Below are positions 1 to 8,323 of a stretch of 43,679 nt of DNA, piece by piece. The notes under the pieces were generated by a model that had not been told where the DNA came from, made no database searches, and worked only from the letters and a program-made list of their open reading frames with translations. Location of the stretch: IMG/VR virus record IMGVR_UViG_3300032277_000011, positions 1 through 43,679 of that record, one strand, 5' to 3'. The stretch comes from a virus. Taxonomy: Duplodnaviria > Caudoviricetes. The position numbers and the translations under genes are program-made. Positions within the stretch are counted from its first letter, which is position 1; each line of letters begins with the position of its first letter.

Positions 1-160
1 ACATGTTAAGTACAAACTCATTACATGATCTACACTCCAACAACAACTTATCCTTATCAAATGAAGCATTGACGTAGAAGAGTTGGTTACCACAGACACA
101 AGCAAAGACTGTATCAGGTTTCTTCTCTACATAGCTGCTAAGTTTAACTACATCAGCCAT
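1..160 (-). CDS. small Cys-rich (CxC...CxxC) hypothetical protein, runs off window edge
   Basis: Manual translation from the ATG at 160, which overlaps the upstream TAA: MADVVKLSSYVEKKPDTVFACVCGNQLFY...LECRSCNEFVLNM; no stop before base 1. Confidence 0.55.
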   Translation of the reverse strand, partial: MADVVKLSSYVEKKPDTVFACVCGNQLFYVNASFDKDKLLLECRSCNEFVLNM

Positions 161-933
161 TATGAATACTCCTCTCGTAGTCTCTTCATTGACACCCACT
201 CCAGATCGTAACTACCATTCTCTAGGTATCTCTTGACTGCCACTCCTGTAGTCCACTCTCTGTTTGCTTGACCTGCCCATCCTTCGTCTGCACCTTTATA
301 ACACCCAGCAACCAAGCCCTGAGTTGGATGAGGGAATGACTCAGCTTTACGATAGAAATGAAACTTATGGCTATGGCCAACGGTGGTAGAACAACCCAGT
401 TTGTGTACGAGTGCATGACCATGATGAACAGAGCTAAGTGCACTACCATAATTCCCTGAAGCAATGTAGTGAGCATACTGCACACCATCATAATTAGCGA
501 TTGCGGGGGCGGAGTTCCTATACTCATGATATTCATCGAACCATCTGTCAGTGTTAAGGTGGGAGAAGGAGATACCATGCTTAAGTCCTTCCAGTCTAGG
601 GTCTACCTCAATAGCCTTCTTAATGCGGTGTTCATGGTTACCCTCGAAGCCATAGAAGGAGGGCCTCTTACGTTTGTTCTTCTTAAACTTATGTCGTATC
701 CTTTCTTGTGCATCATTGTAACACTCAATGTCTCTCTCGTATGACTGAGCTACAACAGCCTGAGGTTTACGTGTATCGTAGGAGTTAAGGCTCTTCATAT
801 CAGCACCATCCCCTAGGTCAACTACATAGTCAGGACGTAGGTCATACAAGAAACTACCTAACCAGTCAAACCTCTCATTAGATACCTCAGGTGAGGCATG
901 GGCACAGGTTAGAACTACTGCTGTCTTACTCAT
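160..933 (-). CDS. calcineurin-like metallophosphoesterase
   Basis: Motifs CAH (DxH variant), DLGDGAD, FEGNHE and VGHSH; start at 933 chosen from an upstream GGAG. Confidence 0.85.
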   Translation of the reverse strand: MSKTAVVLTCAHASPEVSNERFDWLGSFLYDLRPDYVVDLGDGADMKSLNSYDTRKPQAVVAQSYERDIECYNDAQERIRHKFKKNKRKRPSFYGFEGNHEHRIKKAIEVDPRLEGLKHGISFSHLNTDRWFDEYHEYRNSAPAIANYDGVQYAHYIASGNYGSALSSVHHGHALVHKLGCSTTVGHSHKFHFYRKAESFPHPTQGLVAGCYKGADEGWAGQANREWTTGVAVKRYLENGSYDLEWVSMKRLREEYS

Positions 934-1084
934 GTCCATACTCCAAATGTATGTGCCCACCTAGGAGAGCTAGTGCAACGTCGTCCTCTAGGACAGGGTA
1001 GAGGAAATCTAGAATTACTTCAACCAGTTCGAAGTCCCTCTTATCACAATCCTCTATCTCAAGTTTTTCTACCTTGCTAGTCAT
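926..1084 (-). CDS. hypothetical protein, 52 aa (not in ORF track)
   Basis: MTSKVEKLEIEDCDKRDFELVEVILDFLYPVLEDDVALALLGGHIHLEYGHE; fills the gap and overlaps both neighbours. Confidence 0.55.
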   Translation of the reverse strand: MTSKVEKLEIEDCDKRDFELVEVILDFLYPVLEDDVALALLGGHIHLEYGHE

Positions 1085-1286
1085 CTAATAATCCCTCCAT
1101 TACTGTCACTGGTTCCCAAGCTAACTCAACTTCATTCTTGAACTTAAGTGCTGAGTCTAAAGTAGAGAAGGTAATCTCGACATCCTTTACCTCACCCTCG
1201 TCTGTCTCAGCCTTAGCTACTAGCCACCACTGTCCTTCTTGTTCAGGGTCATCATAAGGACCACTATGTATCTGCCATATCTTCAT
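1077..1286 (-). CDS. hypothetical protein
   Basis: ORF track; ATGA overlap with the endonuclease stop supports a start at 1286. Confidence 0.65.
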   Translation of the reverse strand: MKIWQIHSGPYDDPEQEGQWWLVAKAETDEGEVKDVEITFSTLDSALKFKNEVELAWEPVTVMEGLLDD

Positions 1287-1693
1287 TCTTCTATCCACTC
1301 CTTAGGTACTTGAGGTCCCTTATCAAACAAGAACCCATTCGATTTACACCATGAAGCATACGTCCCTGAGCTACCCTTATATAACCTAGCGTTAGGGTTA
1401 GAGAAGAGGAACCTAATGTCGTACTCATCTCCGTATTGCTTCTTGATCTCCTTATGTTTACGTCTATCAGCTGTAGTGAATCTTCCTTTAGTCTCAATGA
1501 TGATACCATTCTCTAATACGAAGTCAGGTGTATAGGTACGTAGCTTAGAGTCATCCCACTTAATCTTCTCCTCCTCATAGGTGAACTTAACCTTATGTTT
1601 ACGTAGGTATGCTGCACAATCTTTCTCTAAGCCTGACCTATACCCGTACTTAAGGGCTGCCTTACGTGCCTTACTATTACTTACTGCTGACAT
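1283..1693 (-). CDS. T7 gp3-like endonuclease I (Holliday junction resolvase)
   Basis: YRSGLE, YTPDF, IIETKGRF, DRRKH motifs; AGGAGG upstream of ATG 1693. Confidence 0.92.
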   Translation of the reverse strand: MSAVSNSKARKAALKYGYRSGLEKDCAAYLRKHKVKFTYEEEKIKWDDSKLRTYTPDFVLENGIIIETKGRFTTADRRKHKEIKKQYGDEYDIRFLFSNPNARLYKGSSGTYASWCKSNGFLFDKGPQVPKEWIEE

Positions 1694-2624
1694 TAAGGTC
1701 CACCTCCTTGATTGGTCCATACTTATTGAATGGTGTCTTCACTACCTCAGTCAGGAACCTTGGGCCATTGCTATACAGGAAGCAACGTACCTCAGGGTGA
1801 CAAGACTTCTTCCTATGACAGTATCCACAGACTACACCAAGTTTCATGTTACCTGAAGTACCATCAGGAACTGGTTCATACATTCTATTAGGTACGGTAG
1901 GACTATTAAACTCTTCTTTAGCCTGAGCTACATACTCAACCTTGTTGGCTATCTCCTCCTCAAAGTTGTAGACATCTAAGCAGATGTGTCCATGTTGTTT
2001 GTCAATAGCTAAGAATGCTCCATTCTCTTTATCTCTTACCAATGGGTCATCTTTACCTGCGTAGACGTAGTTACTAAGTTGGGACACGTATCCAAAGGAG
2101 TCAACCTCTTCAGGCGGTATCCATACCTCCTCACCTTTAACGTACTTAGTGTACCCACGTAACCTACTATGTTTGAACTTCTCATAAGCAAAGGAACTAG
2201 CACTCTTAGCGTCTACTGTTATACCATCAATCACACAGTCACGGTGACCAACGATACCATCAATCTCCATCCTGTCCTGCTCACCTGTCACCTCATGTCC
2301 TGCTGCCTTAGCTAAAGAGATTACTACATCCTCTAGGATATCACCATATAAGAACTTGAACTTAGTGCTAGGTAGGAGAACCTCTCCTGAACCATCCTTA
2401 AGGTTTTCCTCGTACCATGCTTTACGTCTACACTGACCTAGGTTACTCATACGTAGTCCACCCCTAGCGAGAGGGTTACTAGAAGCTTTCACCCCTAGTC
2501 TCCCCATCATGGTGTTCCCTATGTTGTCTTGGAACTCCTTATTGATTGCTTCATCCCACCCTCCCAGTCCATCAAGGACCCCATTGATGTCAGCTACAAG
2601 ATTGTTAATGTCTTTACTACTCAT
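1677..2624 (-). CDS. Cas4-like PD-(D/E)XK exonuclease
   Basis: N-terminal MSNLGQCRRKAWY, GHRDCVIDGITVDAKS, QLSNY, and C-terminal CGYC-x5-C (1+3 Cys Fe-S pattern). Confidence 0.8.
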   Translation of the reverse strand: MSSKDINNLVADINGVLDGLGGWDEAINKEFQDNIGNTMMGRLGVKASSNPLARGGLRMSNLGQCRRKAWYEENLKDGSGEVLLPSTKFKFLYGDILEDVVISLAKAAGHEVTGEQDRMEIDGIVGHRDCVIDGITVDAKSASSFAYEKFKHSRLRGYTKYVKGEEVWIPPEEVDSFGYVSQLSNYVYAGKDDPLVRDKENGAFLAIDKQHGHICLDVYNFEEEIANKVEYVAQAKEEFNSPTVPNRMYEPVPDGTSGNMKLGVVCGYCHRKKSCHPEVRCFLYSNGPRFLTEVVKTPFNKYGPIKEVDLNVSSK

Positions 2625-2627
2625 ATA

Positions 2628-2711
2628 CTACTCTCCTGTGTTCATCTTGTAGATAACGTATACAGCACTAATACCCATGCCAACTACTACACCTAAGATA
2701 AATGATATCAT
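2628..2711 (-). CDS. 27-aa membrane microprotein (not in ORF track)
   Basis: MISFILGVVVGMGISAVYVIYKMNTGE; GGAGG upstream; fills the gap. Confidence 0.45.
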   Translation of the reverse strand: MISFILGVVVGMGISAVYVIYKMNTGE

Positions 2712-2712
2712 A

Positions 2713-2988
2713 CTACAAATCCTCCAACCTAGATAAGGAACCTTCGAGCACCCCTAGGCTTTCACGTGTAGTCTGCAACATGTAGAAAAGGTGGTTAACG
2801 TCCCCTGTGAAGTCTGGTCCTGTACCAACCATAGGGTTCTCTGTAATTGCCCCTACCAGCCTTTCACCTACTGTAGCTAACCGATTGTTAATCCCTAGGA
2901 TGTGGTCGTTAACACCTTGTAGCTCCTCTACAGCTTGCTCTACTCTAGTCTTTTCTCTAGGTGTGCGTGCGTCTGTTTGATTGTTCAT
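2713..2988 (-). CDS. hypothetical coiled-coil protein
   Basis: ORF track; TAATG coupling to the SSB gene. Confidence 0.65.
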   Translation of the reverse strand: MNNQTDARTPREKTRVEQAVEELQGVNDHILGINNRLATVGERLVGAITENPMVGTGPDFTGDVNHLFYMLQTTRESLGVLEGSLSRLEDL

Positions 2989-3485
2989 TAGAATGGTACC
3001 TCATCGTCAGTGTCAGGTGTGAAGTCACCTTGAGGATTCATCTCCACTAGCTCCACTACCTTAACCCACTCAAGTCGAGTACCAAAGATAGTCTTACGTG
3101 ATGTACCGTATACTGATAGTCCTACCTTAACCTTAGAACCATTACCGATATGTCCATTCTCCTCGAAGGACCACTCCTTACCATCAGGACCAAACACCTG
3201 AGGTGCGCCACCATTATCAATCTCGGTACCATCCTTCATGACGAACTTCATGTCATGCTTACGGATAAACTTAACATTCATACCATCTTCATGTACTGTA
3301 CCTTTCTTCATTGTCTTGGTGTCACGTAGCTTACCGTAGTTGTCGGTGTCAAGGATTACATTGATAGTGTAGGCACCACCATGCTCCTTGTATGCACCCT
3401 CAAAGCCTTCCATGTCACGGTTGTCACTGAACACTTTACTCCACTCAGCTGTACCCTCAAGTACAATCTTCTCTGTCTTAGCCAT
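2988..3485 (-). CDS. single-stranded DNA-binding protein
   Basis: OB-fold-like IGNGSKVKV and TRLEWVKV motifs, acidic C-terminal tail ending DTDDEVPF, position next to pol; start 3485 follows GGAG. Confidence 0.75.
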   Translation of the reverse strand: MAKTEKIVLEGTAEWSKVFSDNRDMEGFEGAYKEHGGAYTINVILDTDNYGKLRDTKTMKKGTVHEDGMNVKFIRKHDMKFVMKDGTEIDNGGAPQVFGPDGKEWSFEENGHIGNGSKVKVGLSVYGTSRKTIFGTRLEWVKVVELVEMNPQGDFTPDTDDEVPF

Positions 3486-3486
3486 G

Positions 3487-3588
3487 CTATATCTCTCCAT
3501 TAGTATATAAGTCAAAGTACATCTCATGTACCCAGTAGTCTTCTTCAGTTAAGAAGTATCTTTCCTCTTCTATCAGCTTATAAGTCAT
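3487..3588 (-). CDS. 33-aa hypothetical protein (not in ORF track)
   Basis: MTYKLIEEERYFLTEEDYWVHEMYFDLYTNGEI; AAGGA upstream. Confidence 0.4.
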   Translation of the reverse strand: MTYKLIEEERYFLTEEDYWVHEMYFDLYTNGEI

Positions 3589-3615
3589 TATGACATCCTT
3601 TCTCTCCTCTGTCAA
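3587..3615 (-). promoter_or_regulatory. sigma70-type promoter upstream of SSB
   Basis: TTGACA-N17-CATAAT on the minus strand. Confidence 0.65.
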
Positions 3616-3618
3616 CAG

Positions 3619-4644
3619 TTAATGTGTCATGTTCCAGTCTAAACCTATATCAGTACTCCCAGCTAAAGGACAGTACATACCTAGGTCTTCTCCTACTCTC
3701 TCAAGTGATAGTCTCTGTAGTCTACCTACCTCCTCAGCTTCAGCCATAGTACCACGTACCTCAGTCTGCCACTCATCATGAACTAGATCAACTAACTTGT
3801 AGTCTATACCTGTAGCATCTACCCACTCCTTCCATAAGACTGTAGCCTTCTTCATTACAATACTCTCACCTGACTGTAGGTAACCAGCTAACATAAGGTG
3901 CTCACTATCACACATAACCTTACGTCCATCCAACCCAATGAAGAAACCTTTACGTGCATCCTTAGGTATCATTAAAGACTTAACCTTATTCAACTCAGGT
4001 AACGAAGTGAGGAAGTTGTCTACTGCTGTACTAGCTTGAGGTATACTACACCCAAGTATCTCAGCTACCTTAGTCACTGATGCACCAAGTAGCCAAGCAT
4101 AGATGAAGGTCTTAGCGTCATCCCTATCCTTACATATAGAGCCTAAGGCTTTCCTATTCAAGTTGTGGATGTCAGTCTCTAGTGCCTTATCACCATTGAC
4201 AATAGCTTCAACGTACTCATCTGACTCCATGATGTGAGCAAGAACTCTTAGCTGTATACCCTCAGCATCAGTACCTACTAGGTAGCACCCATCATCCACA
4301 GTCCACAAGGCTCTCATCTCAGCATCATACCTAGCCTTGATCTCCTCTACTGCTGTCTCAGGTACGCCGTGAAACGGTGAAGGGATGTTAGCTTGGTTAG
4401 GTTTACTGTGTGACATCCTCCCTGTCCATGCCCCTATGTGCCAGAACTTACCGTGAATACGACAATCATTAGGGTCCACTACCCCTAGCCACTCAGCTAA
4501 TGATGAACGTCTACCCTCTAGTGTAAGCCACTGAGCTAGGTCCTTAGCTGCCTTAGGTGCTGTGTTAGGTAAGGTGTTAAGATTCTCCTCTGATACAGAC
4601 CAACCATAGCGTTTAAACCTTTCTTCCTTCTCTTTGTCATCCAT
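3619..4644 (-). CDS. family A DNA polymerase, C-terminal polymerase part (split gene)
   Basis: TGRMSHSKPNQANIP, motif A DAEGIQLR, motif B RDDAKTFIYAWLLG, motif C VHDE. Confidence 0.95.
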   Translation of the reverse strand: MDDKEKEERFKRYGWSVSEENLNTLPNTAPKAAKDLAQWLTLEGRRSSLAEWLGVVDPNDCRIHGKFWHIGAWTGRMSHSKPNQANIPSPFHGVPETAVEEIKARYDAEMRALWTVDDGCYLVGTDAEGIQLRVLAHIMESDEYVEAIVNGDKALETDIHNLNRKALGSICKDRDDAKTFIYAWLLGASVTKVAEILGCSIPQASTAVDNFLTSLPELNKVKSLMIPKDARKGFFIGLDGRKVMCDSEHLMLAGYLQSGESIVMKKATVLWKEWVDATGIDYKLVDLVHDEWQTEVRGTMAEAEEVGRLQRLSLERVGEDLGMYCPLAGSTDIGLDWNMTH

Positions 4645-4728
4645 TCTTCACCCTTTCTAAGTAGTCTATTGCTTTCTGAAGTCCTCTCACAGAGTCGCCT
4701 AGCTTTCCTCTTCTGTTTTCTCTGTCAC
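4637..4728 (-). pseudogene. remnant of an endonuclease VII-like homing endonuclease
   Basis: The start-less frame 4708-4637 reads GKLGDSVRGLQKAIDYLERVKNG*, resembling the EndoVII-family C-terminal helix (LGD....L.+AI.YL). A GTG start at 4728 (MTEKTEEES*) is in another frame. Confidence 0.55.
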
Positions 4729-4910
4729 TATAACATCTCCTTAGGTACTTTTACTTCTACCTCAGTGTACTTGAAAGGGTACCTAAGGTCGGTGTCAACA
4801 AGAGCTTCATTAATCTCGTAATAGCCGAATGTCCTGCTTACCCAGTCTGTCTTACAGTAGAAGCAGTACCCACCTGACTCATAAGCAACTAAATCACCTT
4901 CTCTAGTCAT
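4728..4910 (-). CDS. EML-tail family microprotein
   Basis: 60 aa, starts MTREGDLV, ends VPKEML*. Confidence 0.75.
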   Translation of the reverse strand: MTREGDLVAYESGGYCFYCKTDWVSRTFGYYEINEALVDTDLRYPFKYTEVEVKVPKEML

Positions 4911-5778
4911 AACTCTTCCTCCGTTGTTCCATTAGAAACTTCTTATGCCCTTTAGTTTTAGCTGTTGGTTTCCACTTAGCATCCCACAGTACATCTATCC
5001 TTTGCTTAGGTGACGCAGGGTTGAACTCCTTGTACTCGAAGATAGTTAACTCAGTACCATCATCACTTACCTCAACCTTAGGTGACTCAGCTATAGCTCT
5101 AAGTACATTAGGGTAGAGCTTACCATCCTTTCTCTTCCTCATTAAGATAGTTCTATTAGGTACTAACTGAGGAGGGAAGGCAACATCAAACCCATCCTTG
5201 AGTACCTTCATGTCTACCTCTACTGAATCTAACATAGCCTGAGCTTCATCAACCTTGAACTTAAACCCAGCTTGTTGCATCTCATGTGATATGGTAGCCA
5301 TGTCGTGCTCTAACCTCATTGAGTCAGCCCATGTCTTATCTATGATGTAAGGTTTAAGGTACTCCCATATAGCTTCCAGTACTACTACATCCTGTTGACA
5401 GTACTCAACCATCTCCTTAGTCATTACATCCCAGCCACCAGTGTAGTCTCCCTTGTGCACCTTAAGGTACTTACCTATCTCATCTAGGGAGTGACCATTA
5501 AACTTACTGTAGTCAACTAACTTGCTTACTACCATAGTATCAACACAATCCTTAGGGTCTATAGCTTGATACCCTAGTAGTTCATTGATCTTAGGTACGT
5601 CAAAGCCTAGTCCGTTGTGGAATATCCACTTGTCTACATCCAAGTTGTCCTTCATCATAGCCTCAGGGTTGTAGTAGGTTGTAGTCTTACCTGTATCTAA
5701 TCTCTTAACTACACCAACATGAAAGGTCTTAGCTTCAGGTAGTGCAGTCGTTTCTATGTCAGCTAAAGCTATCCTCAT
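4903..5778 (-). CDS. family A DNA polymerase, N-terminal 3'-5' exonuclease part (split gene)
   Basis: ExoI DIET, ExoII HNGLGFD, ExoIII YCQQD; continues into the thumb (FNPASPKQ). Confidence 0.93.
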   Translation of the reverse strand: MRIALADIETTALPEAKTFHVGVVKRLDTGKTTTYYNPEAMMKDNLDVDKWIFHNGLGFDVPKINELLGYQAIDPKDCVDTMVVSKLVDYSKFNGHSLDEIGKYLKVHKGDYTGGWDVMTKEMVEYCQQDVVVLEAIWEYLKPYIIDKTWADSMRLEHDMATISHEMQQAGFKFKVDEAQAMLDSVEVDMKVLKDGFDVAFPPQLVPNRTILMRKRKDGKLYPNVLRAIAESPKVEVSDDGTELTIFEYKEFNPASPKQRIDVLWDAKWKPTAKTKGHKKFLMEQRRKSYD

Positions 5779-5779
5779 A

Positions 5780-5986
5780 TCAGAGCATCTCCTTAGGTGC
5801 AGCTAAGTAACAATCCTTTAGGTCCATCCACGACCCATCCCCAACTGTACTTAGAGCCTTTGCCCAGTCCTTAAACCATTCGCCGTACAGTGACGTACCC
5901 TTCTTTTTGAACACCACACAGTACACAAGTCCAGAACCCAAACCATGGTCACTCTCATCGTAGTAAACTAAATCACCTTCTCTCAT
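5780..5986 (-). CDS. EML-tail family microprotein
   Basis: 68 aa, starts MREGDLV, contains WFKDWAKAL, ends APKEML*. Confidence 0.75.
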   Translation of the reverse strand: MREGDLVYYDESDHGLGSGLVYCVVFKKKGTSLYGEWFKDWAKALSTVGDGSWMDLKDCYLAAPKEML

Positions 5987-6303
5987 TATAGCATCTCCTC
6001 TCCGTCACTTCGTTCCTTGGTACCTATATGTACTTCAATCAGGTCCTCAACAACCTCATGTATACCTGCCCCACCGTTGTACCAGTAGCACATGAATCTT
6101 ACTTCATCTGAGGGTGTTATGACTAGGGAAAATCCGTGTGGTTCCACCTCTTCAAGAGCATAGAAGGAGTAGAGCTGACCCTTTACTTTGACGTAGTGAC
6201 ACCCGTGTTCTTCCTCTAGGTCATAGAAATCGTCATCATCCTTCGGGTCAATGTCTAGGTCTGACTTCTTGAAGACACCATAAAATAATTCCATACCACT
6301 CAT
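5986..6303 (-). CDS. hypothetical phage protein (WYNGGAG motif) ending in EEML
   Basis: AAGGAG RBS; 105 aa acidic protein; ends GEEML*. Confidence 0.75.
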   Translation of the reverse strand: MSGMELFYGVFKKSDLDIDPKDDDDFYDLEEEHGCHYVKVKGQLYSFYALEEVEPHGFSLVITPSDEVRFMCYWYNGGAGIHEVVEDLIEVHIGTKERSDGEEML

Positions 6304-6320
6304 ACTTACTTCTCCTTTGT

Positions 6321-7877
6321 TTAGGTAAATTCTTCTAGTGTAAATGATTCAGGATCAAACTTAACTTGTCCTGCATACCCAGTCAAACTTGCTGGTCTAT
6401 TCTTCTTGATAGTCAAGGTAGTAATGTTAGCTACATCAGGGTCCTTGTTGTCCATGTCCCTAGTCAACTGTACTACAACACTAGCTTGCTTAGGTATCAT
6501 ACGACAGTCCCTTACTAACCCATCATCATTCTCGTGGGCAATGACAACGATCCCACAACCTGTCTCACTGGCTACCCTAGCTAACTGTACTGACATCTTA
6601 GTTAAGAACTGCTCAGTTGTACCATCACTAGGGCTACGTTGGTGTGCTATGTCCTGTATAGGCTCAAAGAATACGTATTTACATTCACATATGTTAGTGT
6701 AGTACTTAATCCTTTCAACTAGAACCATAGGGTCTTCATCAGTACCTATACTAAACAGGTGAACATTCTCACTACCAGTCAAGGTCTTAATACTATCCTC
6801 AACATTATCTGAGGGGTCTACTAACTGCTTACGTGTAAGGTTCTTACCTTTATCATACGACACTAGACCAAGGAGTGACCTCTGTTTACTCTCCTCTAGG
6901 TGACACATAGCGAAGGGTGTATCAGGGTAGTTCTTAATCATGTGATGCTCGAAGTACCTGAATAACTCTGTCTTACCTGTACCCTCAGGTGCTTGGAATA
7001 CTGTGAGTACCCCTTGCACTAAACCTAATGCTTTCTGATCGAACTCCTCTATACCAGTAGTGATGTACTCAGCATCTTGACCTTCATTGAATATCTCTAG
7101 GTACCCATCTACTGTACTGGTGTCGTACTCAGGTACATACTTCTTCTTGTTGATCCAAGCAAAGAGGAAGTCCTTGTCATCACCAGCCTCAAGGAACTCA
7201 TTAGGGTCCTTGTACTTAGTCATCTGCACTCTGTATACCTTACTACTAGGGAAGGCACTAGCTATCTTATCAGCTGCCTTATCACCTGCTTGGTCGTTGT
7301 CAGTGCATACAGCTATACTCTCGAAGGACTTGATGTACTCCTCACAGTTCATGAGTAGAGACTTAGAGATACCAGCACTAGGTAGTCCAACCACTGGCCA
7401 CTTCTTGCCTAACATCTGGTATACTGAGAGTACATCTAACTCACCCTCACAGATAGTCAGGACCTTACTACTGCCAGCATTAAACTTATCCATACCGAAG
7501 AGGTGATCACTAGTGAATCCCTTATTCTTACTGAAGTCCTTAGGTAGGTACCTATACTTCTCCTTGTGTGGGTAAGGGTAAACATGTCTTACGTCCTCAC
7601 CTGAGGTATCCATGCTTACTGTTACCCCGTATGCTTCACATACATCCTTGTTGATTGACCTAATCTTCTTGGTTATCTCATTAAGTTCAGGTCCAGTGTA
7701 CTCTGTCATAAATTCTACCTCCTTAGAATAGCTTGAACGTATCATAGGTTTACTCTCACCGCATGAATGGCAGTACGTATTAGTTTCCCAAGTGACTAGG
7801 CAACCCTTATGTCCACAGTCAGGACAGGTTCCATGTGTGTCTAGGGGTTCAGTGTCTTCCTTCATCATCATCGTCAC
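6321..7877 (-). CDS. T7 gp4-like DNA primase-helicase
   Basis: Zn finger CPDC...CHSC, TOPRIM CEGELD and DNDQAG, Walker A APEGTGKT, KKNRP. Confidence 0.93.
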   Translation of the reverse strand: MTMMMKEDTEPLDTHGTCPDCGHKGCLVTWETNTYCHSCGESKPMIRSSYSKEVEFMTEYTGPELNEITKKIRSINKDVCEAYGVTVSMDTSGEDVRHVYPYPHKEKYRYLPKDFSKNKGFTSDHLFGMDKFNAGSSKVLTICEGELDVLSVYQMLGKKWPVVGLPSAGISKSLLMNCEEYIKSFESIAVCTDNDQAGDKAADKIASAFPSSKVYRVQMTKYKDPNEFLEAGDDKDFLFAWINKKKYVPEYDTSTVDGYLEIFNEGQDAEYITTGIEEFDQKALGLVQGVLTVFQAPEGTGKTELFRYFEHHMIKNYPDTPFAMCHLEESKQRSLLGLVSYDKGKNLTRKQLVDPSDNVEDSIKTLTGSENVHLFSIGTDEDPMVLVERIKYYTNICECKYVFFEPIQDIAHQRSPSDGTTEQFLTKMSVQLARVASETGCGIVVIAHENDDGLVRDCRMIPKQASVVVQLTRDMDNKDPDVANITTLTIKKNRPASLTGYAGQVKFDPESFTLEEFT

Positions 7878-8080
7878 TATAACATCTCCTCTGGCACTAC
7901 TAGGACATCATTACTAGATATACGAGAGCCGCCAAATAGGTTTCCCTCGTAACTATCAAGACACCTTGAGTACAGTTTAGACTCAAACCCTTCACCACCT
8001 ATTGACCTCATCCAGATTTTACCTTGCACAATAGTAGGTGAACCTTCAAACTTGTATAGTCCGTTAGGTTTCAGCATCAT
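7877..8080 (-). CDS. EML-tail family microprotein
   Basis: Starts MMLKPNGLY, ends VVPEEML*; the stop overlaps the primase GTG. Confidence 0.75.
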   Translation of the reverse strand: MMLKPNGLYKFEGSPTIVQGKIWMRSIGGEGFESKLYSRCLDSYEGNLFGGSRISSNDVLVVPEEML

Positions 8081-8270
8081 CCTTGCCCCCTTCAATCTCC
8101 ATGCTATAAGTTATTGTATCATCATCTAAGAGTTCAGTCAACTCCTTCCACCCAAAGGTTTCCCCTTTAGCCCTACTGATCCAGTAGTTACATTGACTAC
8201 AGTAGTACTCATCTGATGTAGCCTTGTAGTGTGGTGCATTAGAGTTATCGCATATAATACAGTTGGTCAT
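8064..8270 (-). CDS. small zinc-finger protein
   Basis: CIIC...CSQC; AAGGAG before ATG 8270. Confidence 0.65.
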   Translation of the reverse strand: MTNCIICDNSNAPHYKATSDEYYCSQCNYWISRAKGETFGWKELTELLDDDTITYSMEIEGGKDDAET

Positions 8271-8297
8271 GTTACTCCTTTCTGTGTTGTACCTTAA

Positions 8298-8323
8298 GTT
8301 AGTTTGGAGCGAAGCTCTCACTA
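8298..8323 (-). other. conserved short hairpin element, copy 1
   Basis: Minus strand TAG-TGAGAGC-TTC-GCTCC-AAACTAAC directly at the CobT-like stop. Confidence 0.6.

Noticed and set aside
1283-1312. Endonuclease I ends VPKEWIEE with DNA GTACCTAAGGAG, like the EML tail at 4737-4748
   Set aside because: PxxW is the normal endonuclease I C-terminal motif and there is no ML-stop; not counted as a family member
1677-2624. CRISPR-Cas system suggested by the Cas4-like gene
   Set aside because: No repeat-spacer array or other cas genes seen
4645-4902. Group I intron or intein in the DNA polymerase
   Set aside because: The gap is filled by a coupled ORF and a remnant, both halves have their own start/stop, and no intron core or intein motifs are recognisable
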